The notes under the pieces are model-generated. The model had not been told where the DNA came from. It did no database searches and saw only the letters and a list, made by a program, of their open reading frames with translations. Below are positions 46,971 to 58,061 of a stretch of DNA of 64,000 nucleotides, in pieces (position 1 is the first letter of the stretch; each line of letters starts with the position of its first letter). The translations under genes and the position numbers were made by a program. The stretch covers positions 5,248,001 through 5,312,000 of the forward strand of contig OZ220744.1 in the NCBI GenBank assembly GCA_965116925.1. Reading direction: 5' to 3'. The DNA is from Candidatus Poribacteria bacterium (lineage in GTDB: Bacteria; Poribacteria; WGA-4E; PCPOR2b).

Positions 46971-49376
46971 TCATCCTGATGTTTTGGCAAATTGAACGCT
47001 GAACTGTACGAGTGCTGTGCTTGAATTGAATTCAATTTCATAGATCTGTTTGTCCCAACGAAAGCGGTAGTCTGCACCGTAACAAGCGATTCCGGCGGGG
47101 GCGTAATCTTGAGGCACATGAATGAATAATGTCCCTTTGCTGCGCCTAGGGGGTTTACAAACCGCTAAGAAACTTTGACTTCGCTTATCCCAGCCGGCGG
47201 ATAGCACATCCACCGCGCCCTGTGTGAGGTGGATATCTGTAGCGAGCAGTTGAGGTACATTCTGTTCTGCACGCAGACACAGCAATTTAACAGAGCGGGA
47301 TGGGAGATCGAATAGTGTTACCCGTTCTCGGACATTTCCAAGAAATTCACGGTTCCAGAAATCGTGCACAAGATAATATCGAGAACGATTCAAGCCGAGC
47401 GAATCCAAAGTAAAATCGACATCAGCTTTTATATCCGTCCAGTTGAAGACTCCAACGATATTGTAGGATTCGTAAGGAGAGGTTACCGGTAGATTCCAGA
47501 TTTGCGGAAATTTGCTGTCGTAGAGATCAACCGGCATTGCAGCATCACCGATGAGTGGAAAAATCTTGGCGAGCAATTCTGCCCGCTCCGGCTTGAGCGT
47601 CCTAAAGTCATCGCCGCAAGTAACAACCCCGCCACTCAAACCTGCCATTGTTAGTGCGATAAGTGCTTCGTTCAGAGGGAGTGGTTCATTGATGGTTAGC
47701 GTGCCAAACTCATTTGTCCATGCGTCGCCATACATCGGAAGATGCGCCGCGTGAGCATTGGCAATCGGTTTTAATCCTTGTGGACTTTCCCAAGACCCTT
47801 CACCGATATAGCCTCCATAACCTGAAGATGTTTCATTCAGTGCAAAGTCCCCGATGCTCGGGCCCCGGCATGTGTTACACGCTGCGAGGACAACCTCCTT
47901 CTCATTTTCATCAATAATCTGATTCAGTAACTGTACCCCAAGTCGATAAAGTTCAACGGCGGTGAGCGATGCGTCATGCGCCACGAAGTTGTTCAGTTCT
48001 GTCAGTGGTCCTATTGCGTATGCGAGTAAATCCGCTTTGACCAGATCATATCCCCACTCATCAATCAGTTTTCGGGTATTTTCACGAATATGCGCTTGTG
48101 CCCCCGGCTGCGATACATCGAGTACCGCAACCTCCAGTCCATCCTCCGGCAAAACGATTGCAGCCGGCCTCTTTCTGTCATGTTCTTGCAGGAAATACTC
48201 TGGATGCGTCCTCAAAAGTTCGGAGCTCGCTGCCACACAAAACGGCGTAAATCGGATGCCTGCTTTTAGCCCCTTGGCATGGATCTGGTCCGCAACCGAT
48301 TTCATCCCATTTGGGAACTTTTGTACATCTGCTTGATAGCTGCCGATTGATGCTTCCCACCCCTTTCCGATCTGGACGTACTCAAAGCTACCAGGAATTG
48401 ATAGGTCAGATAATCGGTTTTTAGTAATTTGTTCAATCTGTTTGGAGATTTGTGACGCATCTATTGTTCCTTCCTCACTATCCTGAGCACACCAACCTGA
48501 GAAAACACGATTTAGCGATTTTGGTTTCACACGCTGTCCGACCATTTCGGCGTAGTGATTATATGCCTCCCATCCCTGATGTGTGAAGTTCAGGTAAACG
48601 GGTTCACCGTACACCTCCTCACCTTGACGACAAATTTGATTTTCACACTTATGGTAGAGAGCCCAGTGATTTACACCGTGATTTTCTTCCTTACCTCGTT
48701 GCGTGCCTCCGTCATATCCCATCTGGACAGCAGACCACCATTTTTGGAAACTCAAAAAGCCGAAGACGAGAGATCGCTTGCTCTCCGTGTCGTAGAGAAC
48801 TCCGTTGTAACAGGAGGTGGTAGACGCATCTTCGTTGATGCGAAATCCGTCGTGAATCTCCTGAAGTCCAGACACCGTCGGTGTATTCATATCCAGAAAA
48901 GTATGATAGCCCGATGGTGCACCTCCCAGATAGACACCACCTTTGGCGTTACCATTGTGAGGGGAGACGTCAATAGTGGAAATCTGTTCTAACGAAATTG
49001 GTTCCTCATGGGTGTTTTTTACGCCAACGGTCAATACAACATAAGGTTTCTTGGGGTAGCATTTCAGATAGAGATGGGTTTGCAGTCCATGCCCTTCGGG
49101 TTGGTGCGAAAATGTAATTGGTTGGTAAACCCCAGATTCATCTTCGCTGATAGAATTTGTAATAAACTCCGAACTTCCCGGATCCAATGTTGTTAGGACT
49201 GTTCCATCTTGCAAAATAATCTTCGTATATGCGTCCCTGATGATATTGTAGCCTGTTTTGTCAATGTAGTTCCAAGTCCCTTTGGAAAGATCAAAATTGA
49301 TTTGGAATAGCTTGTTTTTCGTGATGACCTGGCTGCCTTGTCGACTAATCGCCAGATCACCCGCTTCTTCTTTCAT
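46971..49376 (-). CDS. alpha-galactosidase-like glycoside hydrolase (GH36/GH27-like, divergent)
   Basis: SGWC, KFPNGMK, GLKAGI, WGYDLVKAD; usual QIDDGW appears as QIGKGW. Confidence 0.7.
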   Translation of the reverse strand: MKEEAGDLAISRQGSQVITKNKLFQINFDLSKGTWNYIDKTGYNIIRDAYTKIILQDGTVLTTLDPGSSEFITNSISEDESGVYQPITFSHQPEGHGLQTHLYLKCYPKKPYVVLTVGVKNTHEEPISLEQISTIDVSPHNGNAKGGVYLGGAPSGYHTFLDMNTPTVSGLQEIHDGFRINEDASTTSCYNGVLYDTESKRSLVFGFLSFQKWWSAVQMGYDGGTQRGKEENHGVNHWALYHKCENQICRQGEEVYGEPVYLNFTHQGWEAYNHYAEMVGQRVKPKSLNRVFSGWCAQDSEEGTIDASQISKQIEQITKNRLSDLSIPGSFEYVQIGKGWEASIGSYQADVQKFPNGMKSVADQIHAKGLKAGIRFTPFCVAASSELLRTHPEYFLQEHDRKRPAAIVLPEDGLEVAVLDVSQPGAQAHIRENTRKLIDEWGYDLVKADLLAYAIGPLTELNNFVAHDASLTAVELYRLGVQLLNQIIDENEKEVVLAACNTCRGPSIGDFALNETSSGYGGYIGEGSWESPQGLKPIANAHAAHLPMYGDAWTNEFGTLTINEPLPLNEALIALTMAGLSGGVVTCGDDFRTLKPERAELLAKIFPLIGDAAMPVDLYDSKFPQIWNLPVTSPYESYNIVGVFNWTDIKADVDFTLDSLGLNRSRYYLVHDFWNREFLGNVRERVTLFDLPSRSVKLLCLRAEQNVPQLLATDIHLTQGAVDVLSAGWDKRSQSFLAVCKPPRRSKGTLFIHVPQDYAPAGIACYGADYRFRWDKQIYEIEFNSSTALVQFSVQFAKTSG

Positions 49377-49500
49377 CTGTAATATGCCTCCATACGTGAA
49401 ACGTGAAATATGAAACGGAAGTTGGATAAGTTTGACAGACGTTGAGGCAAATTTATCTCAAAATTATAAATCTGTTCCCCTATTTCTATTCTCTGATTGC

Positions 49501-50226
49501 CTATTTTGCTAACGCCCAACAATGAAGCAGCGTAGTTGGCTCGCTGCCAACCTGTGATAGCGAGAAGGTGTCTTCAGGGTTGAGAAAAATCACGTCTCTC
49601 AAGCCAAGCGTTGATGTTTCTCCATTCGTCTGTACCGTCGCGTCTCCACCAATCAATACATAAATTGATTCTGCGTTGAGGGGTTCATGCGTAAACGCTT
49701 CGCCGACATTGAGTTGGACGTAATCGAGCGACAGATGTTGACTTCCTTTCTGTGGCGATACAACGCTACGCCAATCTCCTGATTTACCGAACACCGGTCC
49801 TGCTTTTGCCATCGAAATTACTTGGACACCGCTTCGGTGCCCCAGCTCCGGTTTGGGTGAATCGTTGGGGTGATCTCGTTCACCACGGTACAGTGCCATG
49901 TCTGGCGGGGACTGGAAACTGATGAGCCGCGCCGGTTGGTCTGTCGTATTTACAGTGCCGTGAACCTCACGCGCCGGCACAAAGATCCCATCGCCCGCAA
50001 TGATCGGCGTGTAAACCTCCCCCTGACGGATGTGACCGCCGCCCTCAAGCACCACAATCATATCCTCCGATTCGTCGTGAAGATGTTGGGTGAACTCTTG
50101 ACCGGGCGCATGTTGACCGTGGTTGAGGGTTATCTGTGTTGCTCCCATATCGGGATGGACGACGCGCCAGTTTTTTCCTTTTCCCATCCGGAAAGGCGTT
50201 CCTGATTCAAGATTAAGAATTTGCAT
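49501..50226 (-). CDS. bicupin protein
   Basis: HLHDESED...EVHG cupin motif, second degenerate cupin. Confidence 0.8.
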   Translation of the reverse strand: MQILNLESGTPFRMGKGKNWRVVHPDMGATQITLNHGQHAPGQEFTQHLHDESEDMIVVLEGGGHIRQGEVYTPIIAGDGIFVPAREVHGTVNTTDQPARLISFQSPPDMALYRGERDHPNDSPKPELGHRSGVQVISMAKAGPVFGKSGDWRSVVSPQKGSQHLSLDYVQLNVGEAFTHEPLNAESIYVLIGGDATVQTNGETSTLGLRDVIFLNPEDTFSLSQVGSEPTTLLHCWALAK

Positions 50227-50328
50227 GAGGACTCTCCTGTTTTAATTCTTCTCACAAATGCCAATATCCAATTCGGATATGGTAAAGCTGATGTATCAGG
50301 GGAATAGGTAAATTTTCGCACATAACCT

Positions 50329-51909
50329 TTACATCCCCCACACCTTGATTGTTTTTCCGCGATGGCTTTCTACCCGACAAAAAACTTTCTCTGCCCACGC
50401 CTTATCCGGCTCTCGGTCAAAAATTAACAGGTGCCCCTCTTCTGTATCGCAGCTATCCATATATGCCCATGTCTGCGAAAGCCCTTCTTCCAGCGTTTTC
50501 TCAAAAGCACCGTAACGGATTTTGAGTTCGATGACCGATTTTTGGACACCCCCCGGATACGGCCAAATCACTAGTAGATCCGTTCGCCTCCGTCCAAGTC
50601 CGTACTCCCTTTCCACACGCCCCCCACTGTTAACAATCCGTTGCAAAAACGCCTGCATCAGCAACTGTGGCCCCGCCTCCTTGTAATCGAAACGTTGTAT
50701 CCAGCTTTCGGAGTGTTCCCGAAAAAACTGCTGAAAAGCAGAAAGAAGTTTGTCTATATCAAGCCGCCCATCCGTTTGAATATACCATGCGGGTTGATGC
50801 GTGATGGTCAATTGGGTGCTAAAGGTGAGCTCTCTAGGAATAATTTCCTGATAGATTTGATTGGCGATATTCAACTGCCCTTTCTCTGTCTGTATTAATC
50901 CAAGATCGCGCACATACTGGACATCGTCTGTGGCAATGCGATTGGGATCATCCATTCCTGCCAAAATCGGTTCGATTACCTGTCTAACACGCTCTTCAGA
51001 CAGCTTATCCACTAGTTGGTCAATATGCGTCTCACGTCTTAGAATGAGTTGTTCCTTGGCTTGTGCTACCATCTCAACGGTAATGGTTTCTGTACGATCG
51101 CGGTTCGCTTTCATCTTGAAACAAACTTCATAGGCGAGGGCATTGACCAACCAAGGCTGGCCATGCGTCAGTTCCCAAACGAGAAAACGGGCGGCCTTCT
51201 CAAACACCTGTCCAGTTTCATCGGTATGCTGATTGAGAAGGGTTTCTACCTCTGTGTGGCTGAAGTCTCCTAGGCGCAACGATTCCGCTTTAACGTTAAA
51301 TGCGCTGCCACCTGTGATAATAGTTCTCTCTTTCTCCGAATGGATTCGATAATCGCGCACATCTCGCACACCGCAGAGCAGGATGCTTTGTGGAAATGAC
51401 GCCGGCCGCTTGAAATACCCGGCTCGCAGTTGTCGCAAAACCGCAATTAACGTATCACCGATCAGTGAATCGATTTCATCGATCAGAAGAATAAGCGGTT
51501 TTGGGGACACTTGCGTCCAGCGAGTTAGTATCTCGTTGAGAGCCGCATGTGCTCCATTTTTTTCTAGAATCTCTGACCAAATATCTTCCACAAACCCCTC
51601 GCCCAAGAAATCCCGCGCCATGGAAGCGACTTCACTTAAAATTGCTTGCATTCCTCGCCTGACGTCCTCTCGGGCCGATTGTCCCCCTTCGACGTTGACA
51701 TATAAGCATCGGTATTTTCCCTGTTGATTAATCTTATCCATCAATGCCAACAGACAAGTAGTCTTACCGGTCTGTCTTGGGGCATGTAGTACAAAATATT
51801 TCTTCTGGTCAATGAGGAGCAGAATTTCCTCCAGATCCCATCGGGTCAGCGGTGGTAAACAATAATGATCTTCACTCCGGACAGGCCCTGCCGTATTAAA
51901 AAAACGCAT
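50329..51909 (-). CDS. AAA ATPase with C-terminal PD-(D/E)XK nuclease-like domain
   Basis: APRQTGKTT, LLIDEID, REYGLGRRRTDL...VIELK. Confidence 0.85.
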   Translation of the reverse strand: MRFFNTAGPVRSEDHYCLPPLTRWDLEEILLLIDQKKYFVLHAPRQTGKTTCLLALMDKINQQGKYRCLYVNVEGGQSAREDVRRGMQAILSEVASMARDFLGEGFVEDIWSEILEKNGAHAALNEILTRWTQVSPKPLILLIDEIDSLIGDTLIAVLRQLRAGYFKRPASFPQSILLCGVRDVRDYRIHSEKERTIITGGSAFNVKAESLRLGDFSHTEVETLLNQHTDETGQVFEKAARFLVWELTHGQPWLVNALAYEVCFKMKANRDRTETITVEMVAQAKEQLILRRETHIDQLVDKLSEERVRQVIEPILAGMDDPNRIATDDVQYVRDLGLIQTEKGQLNIANQIYQEIIPRELTFSTQLTITHQPAWYIQTDGRLDIDKLLSAFQQFFREHSESWIQRFDYKEAGPQLLMQAFLQRIVNSGGRVEREYGLGRRRTDLLVIWPYPGGVQKSVIELKIRYGAFEKTLEEGLSQTWAYMDSCDTEEGHLLIFDREPDKAWAEKVFCRVESHRGKTIKVWGM

Positions 51910-51933
51910 CCGGAACCTCCTCTCATTTTTTCC

Positions 51934-52689
51934 CTACCACACTTCATTAGCAATCTCATAATCCTGTGTAGTATCGATCTCGTAATACCCACCGGCAATA
52001 TCTACCTTGTGAATTTCCACACCCTGCTCAATCATCTCCTGAAAGAGTTGAATCAGATACGCTTTCTGCACAGAGGCTGCGCCCTGAAACGGCTTACCAC
52101 TATATTCGTGACAAACTCGGTGGAAATGGTCCCGCAGGAGATTCGCCCCGCGTTGACTAAATTTTGCAACGCCGATATACTCACCATGCGCTTCTTCGGG
52201 TGCTATGTCACGACTGATCCTTGTGACTCGTGCTCCTTCTACAAGGATTTTTTCACCATCATCTTCGGGATGAAGTGTGCGCGCCGCGTAGCGTTCCCGC
52301 CAAGCAGTATCGACAACAAGCGTGATGTCATAAGGGCTATCCATCAACCTCCGTGTCACCCAAGGACGGTAGATAATATCCGCATAGGTGCAGGCAAACG
52401 GTTCGTTCATTTCGGCCTCAGCGCGAAAAAGCGAGACTAAGATATTATTCTGCTGCCAATCGGTGTTGTGGTAAAAGTGGAAGGCAGGATAATCGTGCTG
52501 GATGCGTTGAATCTGATACCCGCCGACGAAAACAATATCCGCTACATTTGCTGCACGCCACGCTTCAAGTATCCAATCGAGGATACGTTTACCTTTAACT
52601 GTTGCAAAGCACTTAGGTGTCTCCTCTGTCAGCGGCATGAGCCGTCTGCCGCGTCCTGCACCGATAATAATCGTCTTCATGTATGCCAA
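51934..52689 (-). CDS. phosphocholine cytidylyltransferase-like nucleotidyltransferase
   Basis: IIIGAGRGRRL.PLT...PKC, GEYIG, EIDT. Confidence 0.85.
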   Translation of the reverse strand: MAYMKTIIIGAGRGRRLMPLTEETPKCFATVKGKRILDWILEAWRAANVADIVFVGGYQIQRIQHDYPAFHFYHNTDWQQNNILVSLFRAEAEMNEPFACTYADIIYRPWVTRRLMDSPYDITLVVDTAWRERYAARTLHPEDDGEKILVEGARVTRISRDIAPEEAHGEYIGVAKFSQRGANLLRDHFHRVCHEYSGKPFQGAASVQKAYLIQLFQEMIEQGVEIHKVDIAGGYYEIDTTQDYEIANEVW

Positions 52690-53054
52690 TCTCCTTAACT
52701 ATATTTTACACGACTGCACCCCAATCGTAAATCTTTTTTTCGGCGGTCTTGGATCGTTTTTTCTGTTTTCCTTTTGAAAGGGGTGTGTTAAAATACAATA
52801 ACCCAACTAAACGTCGAAACCGGTAGCACCGCAGTTAAGTGTGGTAGGCATCAAATGTCTGAAATTATGGGCAAAATCCGAGGCACACCCAGAAATGGCA
52901 TACATCGGTAATACGCCTCGAAACCCCGTGTTCATTGAGGATTTCTCTGATGAATGCCTTGTTGCTGTATGAACAATTTTGCAAACTTGAGTGCCGATTT
53001 CACTACTCCACACTTTAGTGCAGACCTACCTCGAAACCAATAAGGAGACTTTTT

Positions 53055-53948
53055 ATGTCAAACGTTAATCCCTTCAAACAGCCCGGACAGTGGTATCGCG
53101 GTAATACCCACAGCCATAGCACCGAGTCAGATGGCAGGCTGCCGATGGCAGACCGCTTTGCGGCTTACCGTGAAGCAGGCTACGACTTCTTAGTGCTGAC
53201 TGATCATCGAAAGGTCAACGATGTTTCTGCTCACAGCAGGGACGGCTTCTTAGCAATTTCTGGTAGTGAAGTCCATCCCAACAACCCCTATGGCGGCGAC
53301 ACATATCATATCGTCGGTATAAACCTCCACGAACGCATCAATTGTGCTGAGCTGCATCCCAACGCCGTAATCGAAGAGATAAACCGGCAAGGGGGCGCAG
53401 CGGTGCTCTGTCACCCCTACTGGTGCGGACACACGCTGCTAGACTATCTACCGCTGAGTGGATACTTTGCGGTTGAGGTCTACAACGACACCTGCATGGG
53501 TATCGGCAAAGGCTTTTCCGAACAGGCTTGGGACGATTTATTGGACAAGGCAGGTCGTCCTGTCTTTGGCATCGCTGCTGACGACGCACACGGCACGGAG
53601 CATGACTGTTTTCACGGTTGGGTCATGGTCAAAGCGCCTGAACTCACCACCGATGCGATTATGACAGGGTTCCGCACGGGTGCTTTCTATTCAACCCTTG
53701 GACCGGAGATAATCGATTTCGAGGTGGTAGGCGAAGACGACGAGAAACAGAGCGTTTCTGTCAAATGTTCACCCGCACAGTCCATTGTGTTCAAAGCCCA
53801 GCGCAGTCGTGGAAAGCGTATCGTTGCCCCTGAAGGCGAGGCACTAACTGAGGCAACGTATGAATTGCCGAGCGGTATCAAGTACGTTCGCGTTGAGATT
53901 ACCGATGAGACCGGCAAGAAGGCGTGGTCAAATCCATTTTTCTTTTAA
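53055..53948 (+). CDS. PHP-domain metallohydrolase (CehA/McbA-like)
   Basis: GNTHSHSTESDG, LTDH, CHP, DDAH, AWSNP. Confidence 0.85.
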   Translation: MSNVNPFKQPGQWYRGNTHSHSTESDGRLPMADRFAAYREAGYDFLVLTDHRKVNDVSAHSRDGFLAISGSEVHPNNPYGGDTYHIVGINLHERINCAELHPNAVIEEINRQGGAAVLCHPYWCGHTLLDYLPLSGYFAVEVYNDTCMGIGKGFSEQAWDDLLDKAGRPVFGIAADDAHGTEHDCFHGWVMVKAPELTTDAIMTGFRTGAFYSTLGPEIIDFEVVGEDDEKQSVSVKCSPAQSIVFKAQRSRGKRIVAPEGEALTEATYELPSGIKYVRVEITDETGKKAWSNPFFF

Positions 53949-54109
53949 GCTCAGTTTGTAAGTCGCGGGTGATTGCCACTCTCTCTTAAAACGGATCCGG
54001 GTGGGCAGTCACCCCGCGCTTCCTAAAAGGCGCGTTGATAGTGACGTTCTCTAAACTCTCAACAGCACATAGATAGACAGGGTTTAAGCGAAGAGGAGGA
54101 AATTGTACA

Positions 54110-55084
54110 ATGGCGGATCTGAAAGTCGGTGTTATTGGCTGCGGTGGGCACGCACAAGGGCACTTTGCGATGATTAAAGATGAGCCCCGGATGAAACTCA
54201 TCTCAGTCGCAGAAATCAGCGACCAACGGTTGGAGCAGGCAAAGCTCACCCATGAACCCGAATCTGCGTTCAACGATTATCGGGAGATGCTGGATCAGGT
54301 GGACCTAGATGTCGTCTATGTTGTTACCATGCCCGGTCATCTGCTGCCGATTGTGGTAGAGTGCTTGGGACGTGACCTGCACACATCAGTGGAGAAGTCG
54401 CCGGGGATGAACGTCGGAGAAACGCAGCAGATGCTCGACGCTGCCCGCAAGAGTAAGGGCAAGGCGATTCTGTCCGTCAATCGCCGTTACAAGCCGGAGG
54501 TGTTGGCGGTGCGAAAGTTACTGCAAGAGCGTGGCGGAGCGGTACAGGTGGCAGCGAACTATCATAAACCGCCATCGGGCTTGCAGGTTCCGGGTCGCAA
54601 GGAAGTTGCGCCGCCGGAGATTATCTGCGATGCGATTCACCACGTTGATCTACTCCGCTGGATGGCAGGACGCACACCAACTGAAGCGGCGGCTGCCGTA
54701 GAAGTCTATGGTCATTCGTGGCACGGCAAGCGGGAAGGCACACCCCGCTACAACGCCGTCATCGCATTTGACAACGGTTGTCATGGAACAATGATGAGCC
54801 ACTACGGGGTCGGCTACAGGATTCAGTCAGCGGAGGTTCACACCGAAGATATGTCAGCATATCTCGACTTGACACGCGCACCGAAAATCACCCTCTACTT
54901 AGACGGGGCACTGTGCGAGGAGCCGCTTGATCTCGACGCTGTCGGTGGACCCGACTTCAATGAGACACGCCATTTTGCTGACTGCATCCTGAACGACACT
55001 ACCCCTTGGAGTCCGCTGGAGGAGGCAGTGAAGACGATGGAACTGTGCGAAGCCATTGAACGGGGACATCGAGGGAGGCTCTGA
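54110..55084 (+). CDS. Gfo/Idh/MocA oxidoreductase
   Basis: KVGVIGCGG, VEKSPG. Confidence 0.88.
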   Translation: MADLKVGVIGCGGHAQGHFAMIKDEPRMKLISVAEISDQRLEQAKLTHEPESAFNDYREMLDQVDLDVVYVVTMPGHLLPIVVECLGRDLHTSVEKSPGMNVGETQQMLDAARKSKGKAILSVNRRYKPEVLAVRKLLQERGGAVQVAANYHKPPSGLQVPGRKEVAPPEIICDAIHHVDLLRWMAGRTPTEAAAAVEVYGHSWHGKREGTPRYNAVIAFDNGCHGTMMSHYGVGYRIQSAEVHTEDMSAYLDLTRAPKITLYLDGALCEEPLDLDAVGGPDFNETRHFADCILNDTTPWSPLEEAVKTMELCEAIERGHRGRL

Positions 55085-55096
55085 TCCTTATTCAGC

Positions 55097-56482
55097 TTAA
55101 CGGGACAGCCGATTAAGTACATTTTGTGTGATGCGTTCCACAACTGTATCACCGCCTTGCAATCCGTGCGCCCAATCGGTTGTAGCGGCAGTGAAAACGG
55201 TTCCTCCACGCGTATAAATCCCCATCGTCGCAGCACCGGTGCGGCCTCTATCCCAACGTTCGTACCACTCGCAGTCGTCTGGATGCCAGCGCACCGGGGC
55301 AGTGCAGAGGATGAGGAAGCTATCGGGTGTGCCATCCCGATGTGTTGGGACAGGAAATCCATCCTTAATTTGTAGCTCGCATCCGTCACATTCGTAGCCC
55401 ACGATAGTGTGCATACCGCCGAAGGTATCTCCCCGCTTGAGATCTGTTCCTTCAAAAATCCAATGCTCCGGGCGATGGACTGTGTATTCGCCCGAACCAT
55501 CCATGAACTGACCGTGGCTGAGATGGTAGCCGCCGTGAAGAAAACCGACGCCGGTCAATTCGTTTTCAGGACGACCAACGAGGTAATGACTCCACAGAGT
55601 ACTCAAGGTTCGGTAATCACCTGTCTTGTAAATGGGATCCATATTGTACCACTGTTTCCAACAGGTCAAGGCGCGTCCTTCGTCTTCGGGGCGGACTTGC
55701 CAACAAACCGAATTTCCGCTAAAGAACGCCGCATTCCCACCATCAGCGATGAATGTCTCTAGGTTGTCTCGCATCCCTCCAGACCAGTATTCATCGTGAC
55801 CGACGCTCAATACCAGTCGATATCCCTTTAAGATTTCCGGGTGAAATTCAAGGTCGCTGTTAGCGGCGTAATCGAGTGTATAGCCATTCTGTTCCGCCCA
55901 TTCCACGAAGAACGACTCCCATCTGCTAAAAAGCCCCGCCATCGGTCGGTCGAAAGAGATACGATGCCCCTGTAAGTTGCTGTGACCATGATAGCCGTAG
56001 ACACTATATCCACCCCAGTTGTTGTAGGCGTTATAGGTGTTCGTCGCCAGTTGAAGCAGGATTTTCGTGTCACGTCCGGGCTGTGCGGACCGCACGATGA
56101 AGTGCATCGTTCCCTCAGCGGTTCGGCGGTTTCTGTACGTGAAATCTCCACCGTTATCCTCCGCTTGCATTGACACTTCGTAGTATCCACTCCGCCATGT
56201 ATCCGGGACACGCAGCTTGAAACTTGTGGGCCAGCGACAGCCGTGCGACGATGCCTCCTCTGGAATCGGATACGCAGATCCGGGGAGTTCTTTCTCGCTC
56301 CAGACCACCTCACGAGTTGCACCGACGCGCACAATTTCCAATGAATACTCCGATGCGCTGGTGGAAATATGAAACCCAATTTCGTCGCCCGGTGCGTAGC
56401 TGAGTTGGTCGGTGTACCCTTCGATATAAAGTGGACGCAACTGTACCTCTGAAAATGCTAACTGCGCCTTGTATGCTTCCAT
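55097..56482 (-). CDS. N,N-dimethylformamidase large-subunit-like domain protein
   Basis: TYNAYNNWGG, SVGHDEYWS, FFSGN, VGYECDG; start refined by AAGGAG RBS. Confidence 0.75.
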   Translation of the reverse strand: MEAYKAQLAFSEVQLRPLYIEGYTDQLSYAPGDEIGFHISTSASEYSLEIVRVGATREVVWSEKELPGSAYPIPEEASSHGCRWPTSFKLRVPDTWRSGYYEVSMQAEDNGGDFTYRNRRTAEGTMHFIVRSAQPGRDTKILLQLATNTYNAYNNWGGYSVYGYHGHSNLQGHRISFDRPMAGLFSRWESFFVEWAEQNGYTLDYAANSDLEFHPEILKGYRLVLSVGHDEYWSGGMRDNLETFIADGGNAAFFSGNSVCWQVRPEDEGRALTCWKQWYNMDPIYKTGDYRTLSTLWSHYLVGRPENELTGVGFLHGGYHLSHGQFMDGSGEYTVHRPEHWIFEGTDLKRGDTFGGMHTIVGYECDGCELQIKDGFPVPTHRDGTPDSFLILCTAPVRWHPDDCEWYERWDRGRTGAATMGIYTRGGTVFTAATTDWAHGLQGGDTVVERITQNVLNRLSR

Positions 56483-56509
56483 ACAAATCTCCTTCTTGGC
56501 TGGGCAGGC

Positions 56510-56549
56510 AATAAAAAAAGCAGCCAAATGAATGGCTGCTTTTTTTATT
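56510..56549. terminator. intrinsic (bidirectional-type) terminator downstream of the DUF4159 gene
   Basis: AATAAAAAAAGCAGCCA-AATGAA-TGGCTGCTTTTTTTATT hairpin with A/T tails. Confidence 0.8.
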
Positions 56550-56582
56550 GCTTGATTCGAGATGTGTCCGAATCAACAGATT

Positions 56583-58061
56583 CTATTCAAATGCCCCAAT
56601 TTTTGCTGCCTCTGGTGCTTCGGTCGGCAGCTTCCGGGCTGCCATTCTATCTTCTGGCACATAACCGGAGTAATCCGAAATCGCGCCACTTGTCAGGGCA
56701 TAAACTGCGACGTTGGTCATGAAACGATAGACGCCGGGAGAGTATTTGACAGAGCGGGTTGGTAAGCTGACCGACTCCATCGCACACATGTAGTCACGGC
56801 GAACCAAAATGACCGAAATTTTGTCGCCAACGGAGATCCCTTCAAGGAAGTTTCTCCTACCTGGCCGAGACCCCCACCAGAAAATGTCAAATCCAGTCGG
56901 CGGACCACCCATCTCATAGAAGTTATCGTAAATTTGGTGCTCGTTTGGGATCCGTTGCACCTGATATTCTGGCATCACATAGCGCATCTGTGCCAAGAAT
57001 AGGCGAGGCATCGCTTGCGTCGCTGCGTCAATACCGCAGTCGTCAAAGACGAGAAGACCGCCTTTCTCGACAAGATATCGCCGCAACTGAGCCATTTCTG
57101 TCTCGGAAAATCGGCTGTCCATCTTGCCGCCGCCATATTGACGACCCATCAGGTTCTTGGAACGGACGTGTGCCGGGTCATGGCCCGTCATGAAGAGTAA
57201 CGGACATTTCATCAAGTTAGCATCGTTTAACTTCAACGCGCCGCCTTCGACGTTCATGTCAGTCTTAATCTTGGTACGCTCATTAAGCCACTTGGTAAAA
57301 GCGTTCAGTGAGGACGCATCTGCCCACCAGTCAGCAAGGCTGTGACGGACACGCGTGAAGCGGAAAACGCCGCGGATATCAGCACCACGACCAACAACAC
57401 GCCCACCGGGTTCGCCGCGTGGCAATGGAGGCACCTCAACGTTACCGAGGTTAATGTTCTCAACGACGTCGCTCAAAGCATCGCGAGCGGCACCGACATG
57501 TTCGACCATAGCGAGTCCCTTCGGACGCGCAAAGGCAACCTTCACCTGCACAATGCCACCAATTCCACGACCGATGTTGGCGGGTGCGGCACTTGGAGCC
57601 GTTGCAACGGGTGCGGAAAATGCCAACGCCCCCGGTGCATCAGAGACCGGTAGGTCAGCATGTGTCACGACTTGCGGCACCGGCTGATTCGGGCGTGTCA
57701 CTTTCGGAACGTTGGGATTGAGGGGGGCATCCAGCTTTACTACCTTATTGGCAAATTCCAAAACGGTTTGCGGCTGCACAGAAGTCGGACGCACAACCGC
57801 CGCTGTTGTCACTCTGGGTTGGACTTGAACTTGCTCAACTACCACTGTGTTTGTGGTTGGAACGGTTGGTTTTACCACCGGCTTGATGACCGGTTTCCGA
57901 ACTTGCGGTTTGGGGGGTTCCTTTGCCTGTAGGACTTCGGCACCAACTAAATCTTTGAACTGCTGGGTCTGAGTAACGAGGTAGATACCCGTGATAAAGA
58001 AGGCGACTCCGTGAACAATCACCGAGGTCATCAAAGCCCCTGAGGTTTTTTTGGCACTCAT
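56583..58061 (-). CDS. membrane-anchored DUF4159-domain protein
   Basis: N-terminal TM (SVIVH), Pro/Val-rich linker, PLLFMTGH, LRRYL..GG.L.FDDC, NVAVYALT. Confidence 0.75.
   Translation of the reverse strand: MSAKKTSGALMTSVIVHGVAFFITGIYLVTQTQQFKDLVGAEVLQAKEPPKPQVRKPVIKPVVKPTVPTTNTVVVEQVQVQPRVTTAAVVRPTSVQPQTVLEFANKVVKLDAPLNPNVPKVTRPNQPVPQVVTHADLPVSDAPGALAFSAPVATAPSAAPANIGRGIGGIVQVKVAFARPKGLAMVEHVGAARDALSDVVENINLGNVEVPPLPRGEPGGRVVGRGADIRGVFRFTRVRHSLADWWADASSLNAFTKWLNERTKIKTDMNVEGGALKLNDANLMKCPLLFMTGHDPAHVRSKNLMGRQYGGGKMDSRFSETEMAQLRRYLVEKGGLLVFDDCGIDAATQAMPRLFLAQMRYVMPEYQVQRIPNEHQIYDNFYEMGGPPTGFDIFWWGSRPGRRNFLEGISVGDKISVILVRRDYMCAMESVSLPTRSVKYSPGVYRFMTNVAVYALTSGAISDYSGYVPEDRMAARKLPTEAPEAAKIGAFE

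Noticed and set aside
52800..53040. ncRNA or small gene in the divergent intergenic region
   Set aside because: No recognisable RNA family, convincing structure or RBS-supported ORF
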